NCBI GenBank assembly: GCA_950097015.1
Contig: CATNEN010000038.1
Location: forward strand, 24,800,001 to 24,864,000
Source: Macrostomum hystrix
Taxonomy: Eukaryota; Animalia; Platyhelminthes
Length of the DNA: 64,000 nt
Direction of reading: 5' to 3'
Of the stretch, positions 12,025 to 23,611 are shown in pieces (within the stretch, counting starts at the first letter, position 1; each line of letters begins with the position of its first letter). The position numbers and the translations under genes were made by a program. A model generated the notes under the pieces. The model searched no databases and had not been told where the DNA came from. It worked only from the letters and a program-made list of their open reading frames with translations.

Positions 12025-13010
12025 CCTCGCCTTCTCTTCCCTCGCCTTCTCTTCCCTCGCCTTCTCTTCCCTCGCCTTCTCTCCCCTCGCCTTCTCTCCC
12101 CCTCGCCTTCTCTCCCTCGCCTTCTCTTACCTCGCCTTCTCTTACCTCGCCTTCTCTTCCCTCGCCTTCTCTTACCTCGCCTTCTCTTACCTCGCCTTCT
12201 CTCCCCCTCGCCTTCTCTCCCCCTCGACTTCTCTCCCCCTCGACTTCTCTCCCCCTCGCCTTCTCTCCCCCTCGCCTTCTCTCCCCATCGCCTTCTCTGC
12301 CCCTTGCTTTCTCTCCCCTCGACTTCTCTCCCCCTCGACTTCTCTCCCCCTAGCCTTCTCTCCCCCTCGCCTTCTCTCCCCCTCGCCTTCTCTCCCCCTC
12401 GCCTTCTCTCCCCCTCGCCTTCTCTCCCCCTCGACTTCTCTTACCCCACCTTCTTCCCCTCGCCTTCTCTCCCCCTCGACTTCTCTCCCCCTCGCCTTCT
12501 CTTCCCTCGCCTTCTCTTACCTCGCCTTCTCTTACCTCGCCTTCTCTCCCCCCTCGCCTTCTCTCCCCCTCGACTTCTCTCCCCCTCGCCTTCTCTCCCC
12601 CTCGCCTTCTCTCCCCCCTCGACATCTCTCCCCCTAGCCTTCTCTCCCCCTCGCCTTCTCTCCCCCTCGCCTTCTCTCCCCCTCGACTTCTCTTGCCCCA
12701 CCTTCTCCCCCTCGCCTTCTCTCCCCCCTCGACTTCTCTCCCCCTCGCCTTCTCTCCCCCTCGCCTTCTCTCCCCATCGCCTTCTCTGCCCCTTGCTTTC
12801 TCTCCCCTCGACTTCTCTCCCCCTCGACTTCTCTCCCCCTAGCCTTCTCTCCCCCTCGCCTTCTCTCCCCCTCGCCTTCTCTCCCCCTCGCCTTCTCTCC
12901 CCCTCGACTTCTCTTACCCCACCTTCTTCCCCTCGCCTTCTCTCCCCCTCGACTTCTCTCCCCCTCGACTTCTCTCCCCTCGACTTCTCTCCCCCTCGAC
13001 TTCTCTGCAC
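12025..13010. repeat. Polypyrimidine minisatellite, 15-17-bp unit
   Basis: Unit ctcg(c/a)cttctctcccc. Confidence 0.9.
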
Positions 13011-13052
13011 TCGCGCCTTCTCGCAGCAACAACGTCAGTTTTAATTCGGCGA

Positions 13053-13140
13053 CACTAATCTACGGCCACACTAATCTACGGCCACACTAATCTATGGCCA
13101 CACTAATCTACGGCCACACTAATTTATGGCCACACTAATC
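13053..13140. repeat. 16-bp short tandem repeat
   Basis: Unit cactaatctacggcca, ~5.5 copies. Confidence 0.85.
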
Positions 13141-13883
13141 GGCTCGTACCTTGGCAACACAGATCCAGTGAAGTCTGTGTTGTAGTAAGCCACACTACTT
13201 CGTAATTTCAATCAACATAAATTTGTTTTGCATTCGCCTTATAAAGTTAGTATGATTTCTTTATTTATCGTTATTTCGATTGTTAATTGAAATAACGATT
13301 CGAAGGCACTTATAGATAAAAAAGTTACCCACCTCATTTACAACATTCTGTTTATTACTCAATTAACAAAAAACTTATTCCAAATAAAAATTTAAGAACC
13401 GAAATTTTTTATGGCCATAAAGAAAAATAAAATTCCTTCGGTTCCTATCCTGCCTTAAAATGCCACGTGACAAAATAATGCAAACACTAGACTATACGCG
13501 TATCTGGCCCAGGCAATGCCCTTATTTGCTTGCTAAGAAAACATTGTGTCACGCTTCGAATCTCAGTCGAGTATTTTTCGCTCATAAACGAATCGCCGAC
13601 AATTTTCCGTCTTTTGTCTCTTGAACAGAAACTGAGATGAGAGCTGAAATTTTAAACAGTAAACTCGCTTATAGCGTGCCCGTTCATACAAGTCCCGTTT
13701 TTATTTGTCCGTGTGTGGTCCGACTGTGAGAAACTGTCTGAGTTTTTATTGTATTTCTTTTTTTCGCAACGTAGTGGCCTAATTTGCTATAAATATGGCC
13801 TGACTTTCGTTTCTAAAGCTTTCCTCATAATGCCACACCTGCAATTCAATCTCATCACTGTCACCAACTGCACGTAAGACAAT

Positions 13884-16845
13884 ATGGAATTCGAGGCGAT
13901 CTTCAAGGCTTTAGACAAGGATTCTTCTGGCGAGATCGACATCCAAGAACTCAAGGAGTGAGTATTCGTTCGATTTACCATACCTCTGTTAATAAATATG
14001 AGCACATCAGGAAGAAGATGACTGAATCAGAGAGTGTACATCATGAAGTAGATGACTGAATCAGAGAGTGTTCATCATGAAGTAGATGACTGAATCAGAG
14101 AGTGTTCATCATGAAGTAGATGACTGAATCAGAGAGTGTACATCATGAAGTAGATGACTGAATCAGAGAGTGTTCATCATGAAGTAGATGACTGAATCAG
14201 AGAGTGTACATCATGAAGTAGATGACTGAATCAGAGAGTGTACATCATGAAGTAGATGACTGAATCAGAGAGTGTTCATCATGAAGTAGATGACTGAATC
14301 AGAGAGTGTACATCAGGAAGAAGATGACTGAATCAGAGAGTGTTCATCATGAAGAAGATGACTGAATCAGAGAGTGTACATCAGGAAGAAGATGACTGAA
14401 TCAGAGAGTGTTCATCATGAAGTAGATGACTGAATCAGAGAGTGTACATCATGAAGTAGATGACTGAATCAGAGAGTGTACATCAGGAAGTAGATGACTG
14501 AATCAGAGAGTGTACATCATGAAGTAGATGACTGAATCAGAGAGTGTACATCATGAAGTAGATGACTGAATCAGAGAGTGTTCATCATGAAGTAGATGAC
14601 TGAATCAGAGAGTGTACATCATGAAGTAGATGACTGAATCAGAGAGTGTACATCAGGAAGTAGATGACTGAATCAGAGAGTGTACATCATGAAGTAGATG
14701 ACTGAATCAGAGAGTGTACATCATGAAGTAGATGACTGAATCAGAGAGTGTTCATCATGAAGTAGATGACTGAATCAGAGAGTGTACATCATGAAGTAGA
14801 TGACTGAATCAGAGAGTGTACATCATGAAGTAGATGACTGAATCAGAGAGTGTTCATCATGAAGTAGATGACTGAATCAGAGAGTGTACATCAGGAAGAA
14901 GATGACTGAATCAGAGAGTGTTCATCATGAAGAAGATGACTGAATCAGAGAGTGTACATCAGGAAGAAGATGACTGAATCAGAGAGTGTTCATCATGAAG
15001 TAGATGACTGAATCAGAGAGTGTACATCATGAAGTAGATGACTGAATCAGAGAGTGTACATCAGGAAGTAGATGACTGAATCAGAGAGTGTACATCATGA
15101 AGTAGATGACTGAATCAGAGAGTGTACATCATGAAGTAGATGACTGAATCAGAGAGTGTTCATCATGAAGTAGATGACTGAATCAGAGAGTGTACATCAT
15201 GAAGTAGATGACTGAATCAGAGAGTGTTCATCATGAAGTAGATGACTGAATCAGAGAGTGTTCATCATGAAGTAGATGACTGAATCAGAGAGTGTACATC
15301 AGGAAGAAGATGACTGAATCAGAGAGTGTTCATCATGAAGTAGATGATTGAATCAGAGAGTGTACATCATGAAGTAGATGACTGAATCAGAGAGTGTACA
15401 TCAGGAAGAAGATGACTGAATCAGAGAGTGTACATCAGGAAGAAGATGACTGAATCAGAGAGTGTTCATCATGAAGAAGATGACTGAATCAGAGAGTGTA
15501 CATCAGGAAGAAGATGACTGAATCAGAGAGTGTTCATCATGAAGAAGATGACTGAATCAGAGAGTGTACATCAGGAAGAAGATGACTGAATCAGAGAGTG
15601 TTCAACATGAAATAGTAGATGATTATGCCGTAATCCATTTCACTGTACATTTCACAGCTACATGAAGCAGCAGAACCTGCCACATGACTTCGCCGACCGG
15701 TGGCAGAAGACATTCGATTTGGATAGCAACGGCACCATCTCGCTCGAGGAGTTTCGCAAAGTCCTCGGACTTCAGCCACGAAGGCTTGTTTAAAAAATAT
15801 TATAATTTTTTTTGAAATAATTTGTTTTTAGCTGATAATAATCATAATTAATCAATAAACGCTGTAGGGACTACCTATCATTCTTTAAAGAGGCTGACAA
15901 AGACGGTCGCGGTGTTGTGAAAATTAAAGATCTCAAGCAGTAAGTGCATTGTGAAACTGGCTATAATTTGATTATCATGCTTTGATTTGAGGGGAGTTAT
16001 GTAGGGATGTAGGGACAGTGACATTCACACTGTAGGGATAGTGGCATTCACACTGTAGGTATAGTGACATTGACACTGTAGGGATAGTGGCATTGATACT
16101 CTAGGGATAGTGGCATTCACACTGTAGGGATAGTGACATTCACACTGTAGGGATAGTGACATTCACACTGTAGGGATAGTGGCATTGATACTCTAGGGAT
16201 AGTGGCATTCACACTGTAGGGACAGTGACATTCACACTGTAGGGATAGTGACATGCACACTGTAGGGACAGTGACATTCACACTGTAGGGATAGTGACAT
16301 TCACACTGTAGGGATAGTGGCATGCACACTGTAGGGATAGTGACATGCACACTGTAGGGATAGTGACATGCACACTGTAGGGATAGTGACATTCACACTG
16401 TTGGGATAGTGACATTCACACTGTAGGGACAGTGACATTCACACTGTAGGGATAGTGACATGCACACTGTAGGGATAGTGACATTCACACTGTAGGGATA
16501 GTGGCATTGATACTGTAGGGATAGTGGCATTGACACTGTAGGGATAGTGGCATTGATACTGTAGGGATAGTGGCATTGACACTGTAGGGATAGTGGCATT
16601 GATACCGTAGGGATAGTGGCATTCACACTGTAGGGATAGTGGCATTGACACTGTAGGGATAGTGGCATTGATACCGTAGGGATAGTGGTTTTTCCAAAGC
16701 ATCATTAAACAAACTGATGTAATGACCGATTTTCAGGGTATTCCAGCAACGGGAAGCGGAGGACGTTTTCGAAATGTACTTTAAGGACTTTCCAAGTGAG
16801 GACGACTTAAAACTTCAAGACTACAAAAGCAAGATGCAGCTCTGA
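13884..16845 (+). CDS. EF-hand calcium-binding protein, 4 exons, 126 aa (not in ORF track)
   Basis: Exons 13884-13957, 15658-15783, 15868-15939, 16737-16845. EF loops DKDSSGEIDIQE, DLDSNGTISLEE and DKDGRGVVKIKD. Intron 2 needs a GC donor (AAG|GCTTGT) to keep frame. Confidence 0.8.
14005..15610. repeat. 34-bp minisatellite in EF-hand gene intron 1
   Basis: Unit catcatgaagtagatgactgaatcagagagtgta, ~47 copies. Confidence 0.95.
16008..16688. repeat. 23-bp minisatellite in EF-hand gene intron 3
   Basis: Unit tgtagggatagtgacattcacac, ~29 copies. Confidence 0.95.
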
Positions 16846-17069
16846 GCAAGGCTGTACTAAATGATAACAATGGGTTCTATACAACATTTTTCTCTGTTGA
16901 GGTGACTCATGGACTATCTATATAATTTTTTCACTACTATAATGTAAGTACATGCGTACTATTAATTAATCTAGAAAGTTCATTACTACTTTTTAGTGTC
17001 CTTCTTTACTTAGATAATATATAGTATGATATTTCATTAACTAATCCACTAATAATTGATAATAAGTGA

Positions 17070-17345
17070 ATATTACCTGCGCCAATTGGGCCAGATGTGC
17101 AGCCGACAGCACAGCCGCATCTATTGCGCGGCGCGTCTAAGGGTTGCACACGACTTCTTTGGACTGGGGGGACGTGACACCTACCTTTTAATTACCCCAG
17201 CTGTTGCTTGTAACCCTTAAACAGCTGGGTAAAGTGAAGCAATGCAGAGTTCAGCGCCAAAATCAAACAAAATTTTCCACTGAAGTCCGGAATCGAACCC
17301 CCGACCTTCCAATCTGAGATTGCTACGCTCTAACCACAAACTAGA
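17070..17345 (-). mobile_element. SINE family B copy (diverged)
   Basis: Same diagnostic blocks, including ggaatcgaacccccgaccttc. Confidence 0.75.
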
Positions 17346-17798
17346 ACCCCCTAATCTACTTGTGAGTAGTAATTAAGGAAAAATATATAATTTTAAATTC
17401 AGACCAAACGAATTACAAAAAATGTATTTTTATCAGTTATTTTGAATGCTATAGTCAATTATGTACCAGCATAATTAGATTTATGTAATACATGCGATAT
17501 AACTCGATCGAAAATCTACCCCGTTTTACGTACGCCTCGTCCATTTAGGAAGACCGCAATGATTGCGTCTCGATCGAATCACAAAATAAAAATTTAACTA
17601 ATAATTTGACCGTTTATATAGCAAAGATAATTAGATTTTAATCCACAGCTGTGACATTGAGGAAAGCTGTGTACACTTAGTTTGTCAATAACCATTGATA
17701 AAACAGACAAGCTGAATAAAAATATTCCCAAAACTAGCTGATTTTTGACACGGGCAAGGCATATAGACAGAAGTACATACACTGCTCTCATCTATTAA

Positions 17799-18329
17799 CA
17801 GTAGGACTACCAAGCCGTTTTGCCGCCCGTTTTTATACCAAGTGCCCCCCCGGTAAACTTTTTGGCAGCACCTGAATGCTAACAGCGTTGGGTGGTAACT
17901 GATTGGTTGACAGACTAGGCGATGGTGTACTGTGGTTGAGTTGCGCCTAATATTTTAACTTGAGCAGTGAAAGTTGAGAAATTCGCGTCAAGGTGTCCAT
18001 AGTGGCCAATTTCCTTCTGTTGTTGCCATTGAAGGTCCAGCAGTCCATCTAGATAAAGGCAGGTGACAACCAAAGACGGAGATGATGCAGGCACATTCGG
18101 GTGACATGCTGATCAATTTTGAAGGCCTGGCAAGGCCGCACTGAGGCGCAGTGCTAATTTGTGTATAGGGGTGTATGAAATACACTAGCGCTTATAGGAA
18201 AAATCTGACCTTCGGCCTGAACCATTGAATATCTCGACGGTCTGAAGAGAAGAGAAGAGGAAAACTGTCCTCTTTGTCCTTTTTCCTTAACCGGGGGGAG
18301 AAATCCCCCCCGCCTTGGTAGTTTTACTG
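17799..18329. mobile_element. Non-autonomous DNA transposon family C, copy 1
   Basis: Imperfect 16-bp TIRs CAGTAGGACTACCAAG / CTTGGTAGTTTTACTG, flanked by TTAA on both sides; homologous to 45035-45650. Confidence 0.8.
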
Positions 18330-18391
18330 TTAAGCGGGCTTTAATAACGGCCAAAAAATGCGGGGCTTTGATTGCAATTAATATTATAATC

Positions 18392-18560
18392 AATTACACC
18401 TGTCACAATCGGGTCAGTTGTGCAGCCGACAGCATCGCCCCAGCTATTGCGTGGCACGTCTGAAGACTGCATGCACCCTAATGCTAGTAAAAATTTAACA
18501 ACTGGATGAACTGATGGAATGTAGAGTTAAGTGTCTTGGTAGAGGACACAAATCTTGAGC
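18392..18560 (-). mobile_element. SINE family B partial copy
   Basis: acacctgtcacaat...tgtgcagccgacagc...gtctgaagactgc...agagttaagtgtcttg...ggacacaaa. Confidence 0.65.
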
Positions 18561-19247
18561 TGGCTACAACCCTTACCACTATCTCGATGCTAAATGGGCT
18601 GAAGTAACTCTAGCTCAAGAAATCGATCTCACAAAATGGACTGGGAAATATGACAGCAGACTAAAATCCCTTAAAACTGTAGGATAAATGGAAAATAGAA
18701 ATGTTGACAATGATGCTGCATTGGAGCTCTACCATACAGCTGTCACCAGATCTCACAGCTAGTGTAGGGTGTGGTCCCAGCAGTCCGCTGAAAGCTATTT
18801 ATTAGTCTTGCGCTACGCACACAAACTGTATCAGTTCATATAGGCCTCGTTAAGCTGGCAGTAACAAATCAAACCGCGAACTCCCTTTTTTCATCGTTTT
18901 TTGTCAGTCTTTTGTCAGTCTGGATGTGTGTTTGCTCGAGTCCTGCTGTGAACACATCCGGCCTTATAGCCTTCTCACCAGATATTGCCATTTAAAGCGA
19001 TAGCCAACTCAGAGAAACGACGATATGCAGCTCAGAAACCAACTTGTCACTGTGTGCTGCTCTATGATGTTGACCCGTTAAATTGTCTGTTTTAAAGGGA
19101 CCGTAATACATTTGTTAAACGACTCCGCTCTCATGCATGGATGGGACTGCTATGGCATTAGCGATTTGCAGGCCCCATTAAAAGTTCCTGTTTCAGGAAC
19201 GAATAGATTTATTCAGAGACTGCTCATGTAGAATCTTCAGCTTTACT

Positions 19248-22200
19248 ACTGATGGCTGTCTGACAAAATGGTTTCAGTGATGGCTGTCTGACAAAATGGT
19301 TTCAGTGATGGCTGTTTGATGAAATGGTTTCAGTGATGGCTGTCTGACAAAATGGTTTCAGTGATGGCTGTTTGATGAACTGGTTTCAGTGATGGCTGTC
19401 TGACAAAATGATTTCAGTGATGGCTGTTTGATGAAATGGTTTCAGTGATGGTTGTCTGATGAACTGGTTTCAGTGATGGTTTTCTGACGAAATGGTTTCA
19501 GTGATGGCTGTTTGATGAACTGGTTTCAGTGATGGCTATTTGATGAACTGGTTTCAGTGATCGCTGTTTGATGAAATGGTTTCAGTGATGGTTGTCTGAT
19601 GAACTGGTTTCAGTGATGGCTGTTTGATGAACTGGTTTCAGTGATGGTTGTCTGACGAAATGGTTTCAGTGATGGTTGTCTGACGAAATGGTTTCAGTGA
19701 TGGCTATTTGATGAACTGGTTTCAGTGATCGCTGTTTGATGAAATGGTTTCAGTGATGGTTGTCTGATGAACTGGTTTCAGTGATGGCTGTTTGATGAAC
19801 TGGTTTCAGTGATGGTTGTCTGACGAAATGGTTTCAGTGATGGTTGTCTGACGAAATGGTTTCAGTGATGGTTGTCTGATAAATGGTTTCAGTGATGGTT
19901 GTCTGATAAAATGGTTTCAGTGATGGTTGTCTGATGAACTGGTTTCAGTGATGGTTGTCTGATGAAATGGTTTCAGTGATGGCTGTCTGACAAAATGGTT
20001 TCAGTGATGGCTGTCTGACAAAATGGTTTCAGTGATGGCTGTCTGACAAAATGGTTTCAGTGATGGCTGTCTGACAAAATGGTTTCAGTGATGGCTGTCT
20101 GACAAAATGGTTTCAGTGATGGCTGTTTGATGAACTGGTTTCAGTGATGGCTGTCTGATGAACTGGTTTCAGTGATGGCTGTCTGACAAAATGGTTTCAG
20201 TGATGGCTGTCTGACAAAATGGTTTCAGTGATGGCTGTCTGACAAAATGGTTTCAGTGATGGCTGTCTGACAAAATGGTTTCAGTGATGGCTGTCTGACA
20301 AAATGGTTTCAGTGATGGTTGTCTGATGAACTGGTTTCAGTGATGGCTGTCTGACAAAATGGTTTCAGTGATGGCTGTCTGACAAAATGGTTTCAGTGAT
20401 GGCTGTTTGATGAAATGGTTTCAGTGATGGTTGTCTGATGAACTGGTTTCAGTGATGGCTGTCTGACAAAATGGTTTCAGTGATGGCTGTCTGACAAAAT
20501 GGTTTCAGTGATGGCTGTTTGATGAACTGGTTTCAGTGATGGCTGTCTGACAAAATGGTTTCAGTGATGGCTGTTTGATGAAATGGTTTCAGTGATGGTT
20601 GTCTGATGAACTGGTTTCAGTGATGGTTTTCTGACGAAATGGTTTCAGTGATGGCTGTTTGATGAACTGGTTTCAGTGATGGCTATTTGATGAACTGGTT
20701 TCAGTGATCGCTGTTTGATGAAATGGTTTCAGTGATGGTTGTCTGATGAACTGGTTTCAGTGATGGCTGTTTGATGAAATGGTTTCAGTGATGGTTGTCT
20801 GACGAAATGGTTTCAGTGATGGTTGTCTGACGAAATGGTTTCAGTGATGGTTGTCTGACGAAATGGTTTCAGTGATGGTTGTCTGATAAATGGTTTCAGT
20901 GATGGTTGTCTGATAAAATGGTTTCAGTGATGGTTGTCTGATGAACTGGTTTCAGTGATGGTTGTCTGATGAAATGGTTTCAGTGATGGCTGTCTGACAA
21001 AATGGTTTCAGTGATGGCTGTCTGACAAAATGGTTTCAGTGATGGCTGTCTGACAAAATGGTTTCAGTGATGGCTGTCTGACAAAATGGTTTCAGTGATG
21101 GCTGTCTGACAAAATGGTTTCAGTGATGGCTGTTTGATGAACTGGTTTCAGTGATGGCTGTCTGATGAACTGGTTTCAGTGATGGCTGTCTGACAAAATG
21201 GTTTCAGTGATGGCTGTCTGACAAAATGGTTTCAGTGATGGCTGTCTGACAAAATGGTTTCAGTGATGGCTGTCTGACAAAATGGTTTCAGTGATGGCTG
21301 TCTGACAAAATGGTTTCAGTGATGGTTGTCTGATGAACTGGTTTCAGTGATGGCTGTCTGACAAAATGGTTTCAGTGATGGCTGTCTGACAAAATGGTTT
21401 CAGTGATGGCTGTTTGATGAAATGGTTTCAGTGATGGTTGTCTGATGAACTGGTTTCAGTGATGGCTGTCTGACAAAATGGTTTCAGTGATGGCTGTCTG
21501 ACAAAATGGTTTCAGTGATGGCTGTTTGATGAACTGGTTTCAGTGATGGCTGTCTGACAAAATGGTTTCAGTGATGGCTGTTTGATGAAATGGTTTCAGT
21601 GATGGTTGTCTGATGAACTGGTTTCAGTGATGGTTTTCTGACGAAATGGTTTCAGTGATGGCTGTTTGATGAACTGGTTTCAGTGATGGCTATTTGATGA
21701 ACTGGTTTCAGTGATCGCTGTTTGATGAAATGGTTTCAGTGATGGTTGTCTGATGAACTGGTTTCAGTGATGGCTGTTTGATGAAATGGTTTCAGTGATG
21801 GTTGTCTGACGAAATGGTTTCAGTGATGGTTGTCTGACGAAATGGTTTCAGTGATGGTTGTCTGACGAAATGGTTTCAGTGATGGTTGTCTGATAAATGG
21901 TTTCAGTGATGGTTATCTGATAAAATGGTTTCAGTGATGGTTGTCTGATGAACTGGTTTCAGTGATGGTTGTCTGATGAAATGGTTTCAGTGATGGTTGT
22001 CTGACGAAATGGTTTCAGTGATGATTGTCTGATGAACTGTTTTCAGTGATGGTTGTTTGATGAAATGGTTTCAGTGATGGTTGTTTGATGAACTGGTTTC
22101 AGTGATGGCTGTTTGATGAAATGGTTTCAGTGATGGCTGTTTGATGAAATGGTTTCAGTGATGGTTGTCTGATGAACTGGTTTCAGTGATGGCTGTCTGA

Positions 22201-22770
22201 CAAAATGGTTTCAGTGATGGCTGTCTGACAAAATGGTTTCAGTGATGGCTGTTTGATGAACTGGTTTCAGTGATGGCTGTCTGACAAAATGGTTTCAGTG
22301 ATGGCTGTTTGATGAAATGGTTTCAGTGATGGTTGTCTGATGAACTGGTTTCAGTGATGGTTTTCTGACGAAATGGTTTCAGTGATGGCTGTTTGATGAA
22401 CTGGTTTCAGTGATGGCTATTTGATGAACTGGTTTCAGTGATCGCTGTTTGATGAAATGGTTTCAGTGATGGTTGTCTGATGAACTGGTTTCAGTGATGG
22501 CTGTTTGATGAACTGGTTTCAGTGATGGCTGTTTGATGAACTGGTTTCAGTGATGGCTGTTTGATGAAATGGTTTCAGTGATGGCTGTCTGATAAAATGG
22601 TTTCAGTGATGGTTTTCTGACGAAAAGGTTTCAGTGATGGCTGTCTGACGAAATGGTTTCAGTGATGGCTGTCTGATGAAATGATAAACAGTGATGGTTG
22701 TCTGATGAAGTGGTTTCAGTGATGGTTGTGTGATGAAGTGGTTTCAGTGATGGTTGTCTGATGAAGTGGG
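19248..22770. repeat. 28-bp satellite, intergenic, with higher-order structure
   Basis: Unit tgatggctgtctgacaaaatggtttcag and variants, ~125 copies. Confidence 0.95.
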
Positions 22771-23128
22771 TACATTAACGACCTGTCTAATGAATCGGTT
22801 TCAGAGAAGGCTCCTGTACGAGCTTTGCTACTTGACTCGATATGGTTTCGACAGACGATCGAATGATTCTGTAACGAAGGGTTTTCTCAGATGGTTGCCA
22901 AACTATTAACTAAGTTGTATTAATGATCGCTGTAAATTTAAGAGCATCGTTTCAGCTATGGTTGACAGATAAAGGTCGTTTGGCAATGGCACAAGACCAC
23001 TTCGAGCGACTATTTCGTGGTTTTGGGAGTCTCATTTGATAATGATTGTGACAACTTTGCTGGCACCGACCGTCATCCAATAATCGAATAAGTTTAACGC
23101 GAGCCCATTCGCTCTACTGAATGGCTAG

Positions 23129-23198
23129 CCAATGAGATAGAGACACGAGCGCGTCAGTGTGCTCAACGCTGTCCTGTGGTAAGCACAGATAAATAAAA
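23129..23198 (+). promoter_or_regulatory. Candidate core promoter of the neuropeptide gene
   Basis: CCAAT at 23129, CRE half-site CGTCA at 23152 and TATA-like ATAAATAAAA at 23189-23198, about 85-150 nt upstream of the ATG. These are short motifs and could be chance. Confidence 0.3.
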
Positions 23199-23280
23199 GC
23201 AGGATCATCAGCCTGCTGTCTTTCTCTCGCACTAATAAAAAAACTACTTTTTGTCCATCAAAACTTGTCAATCGGTCAGC

Positions 23281-23611
23281 ATGTCAAACTCTAGCAAAAC
23301 CATAGTCTGCCTGCTGTTAGTCACTGTGTCAGTTTTTGAGTTGACTCAGACCGTTCATGGCGGCCTAATCAAAATTAGCGCCAACCGCATGAGGGTGAGA
23401 ACACTGACTAGTATCAAAATACTCTAAGAATACAGCGTGCTCAAAGTTACTAATCAGAGCACAATTAAAATTTGTGTCTTATCCGCAGATGGAGCCAGCT
23501 GAGATGGAGCCAGAGGCTAACTATAACAGCGAAGATGGCGCCGAATTTATCAAGCGTTTGATGGTCAAGAGGCCGTTCTGTAACTGGTACGGCTGCTCCA
23601 ATGACAAGTGA
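23281..23611 (+). CDS. Neuropeptide precursor, CCAP/conoCAP-like, 2 exons, 78 aa (not in ORF track)
   Basis: Exon 1 is 23281-23394 (MSNSSKTIVCLLLVTVSVFELTQTVHG..., signal-peptide-like; donor AGG|GTGAGA). Exon 2 is 23489-23611 (acceptor atccgcag|), reading MEPAEMEPEANYNSEDGAEFIKRLMVKR-PFCNWYGCSNDK*. AATAAA near 23711. Confidence 0.85.

Noticed and set aside
17988-18393. Similar short ORFs at 17988-18393 and 45193-45659 suggesting a duplicated gene
   Set aside because: The similarity comes from two copies of the same non-autonomous transposon, and the reading frames are not preserved.
19248-22770. Hammerhead-like CTGATGA-ACTG-GTTT-CAGT-GATG in satellite variants; also box C/D-like TGATGA/CTGA
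   Set aside because: The stem is followed by GAUG, not the essential GAAA, and there is no stem III or cleavage triplet. The box motifs are simply part of the monomer.
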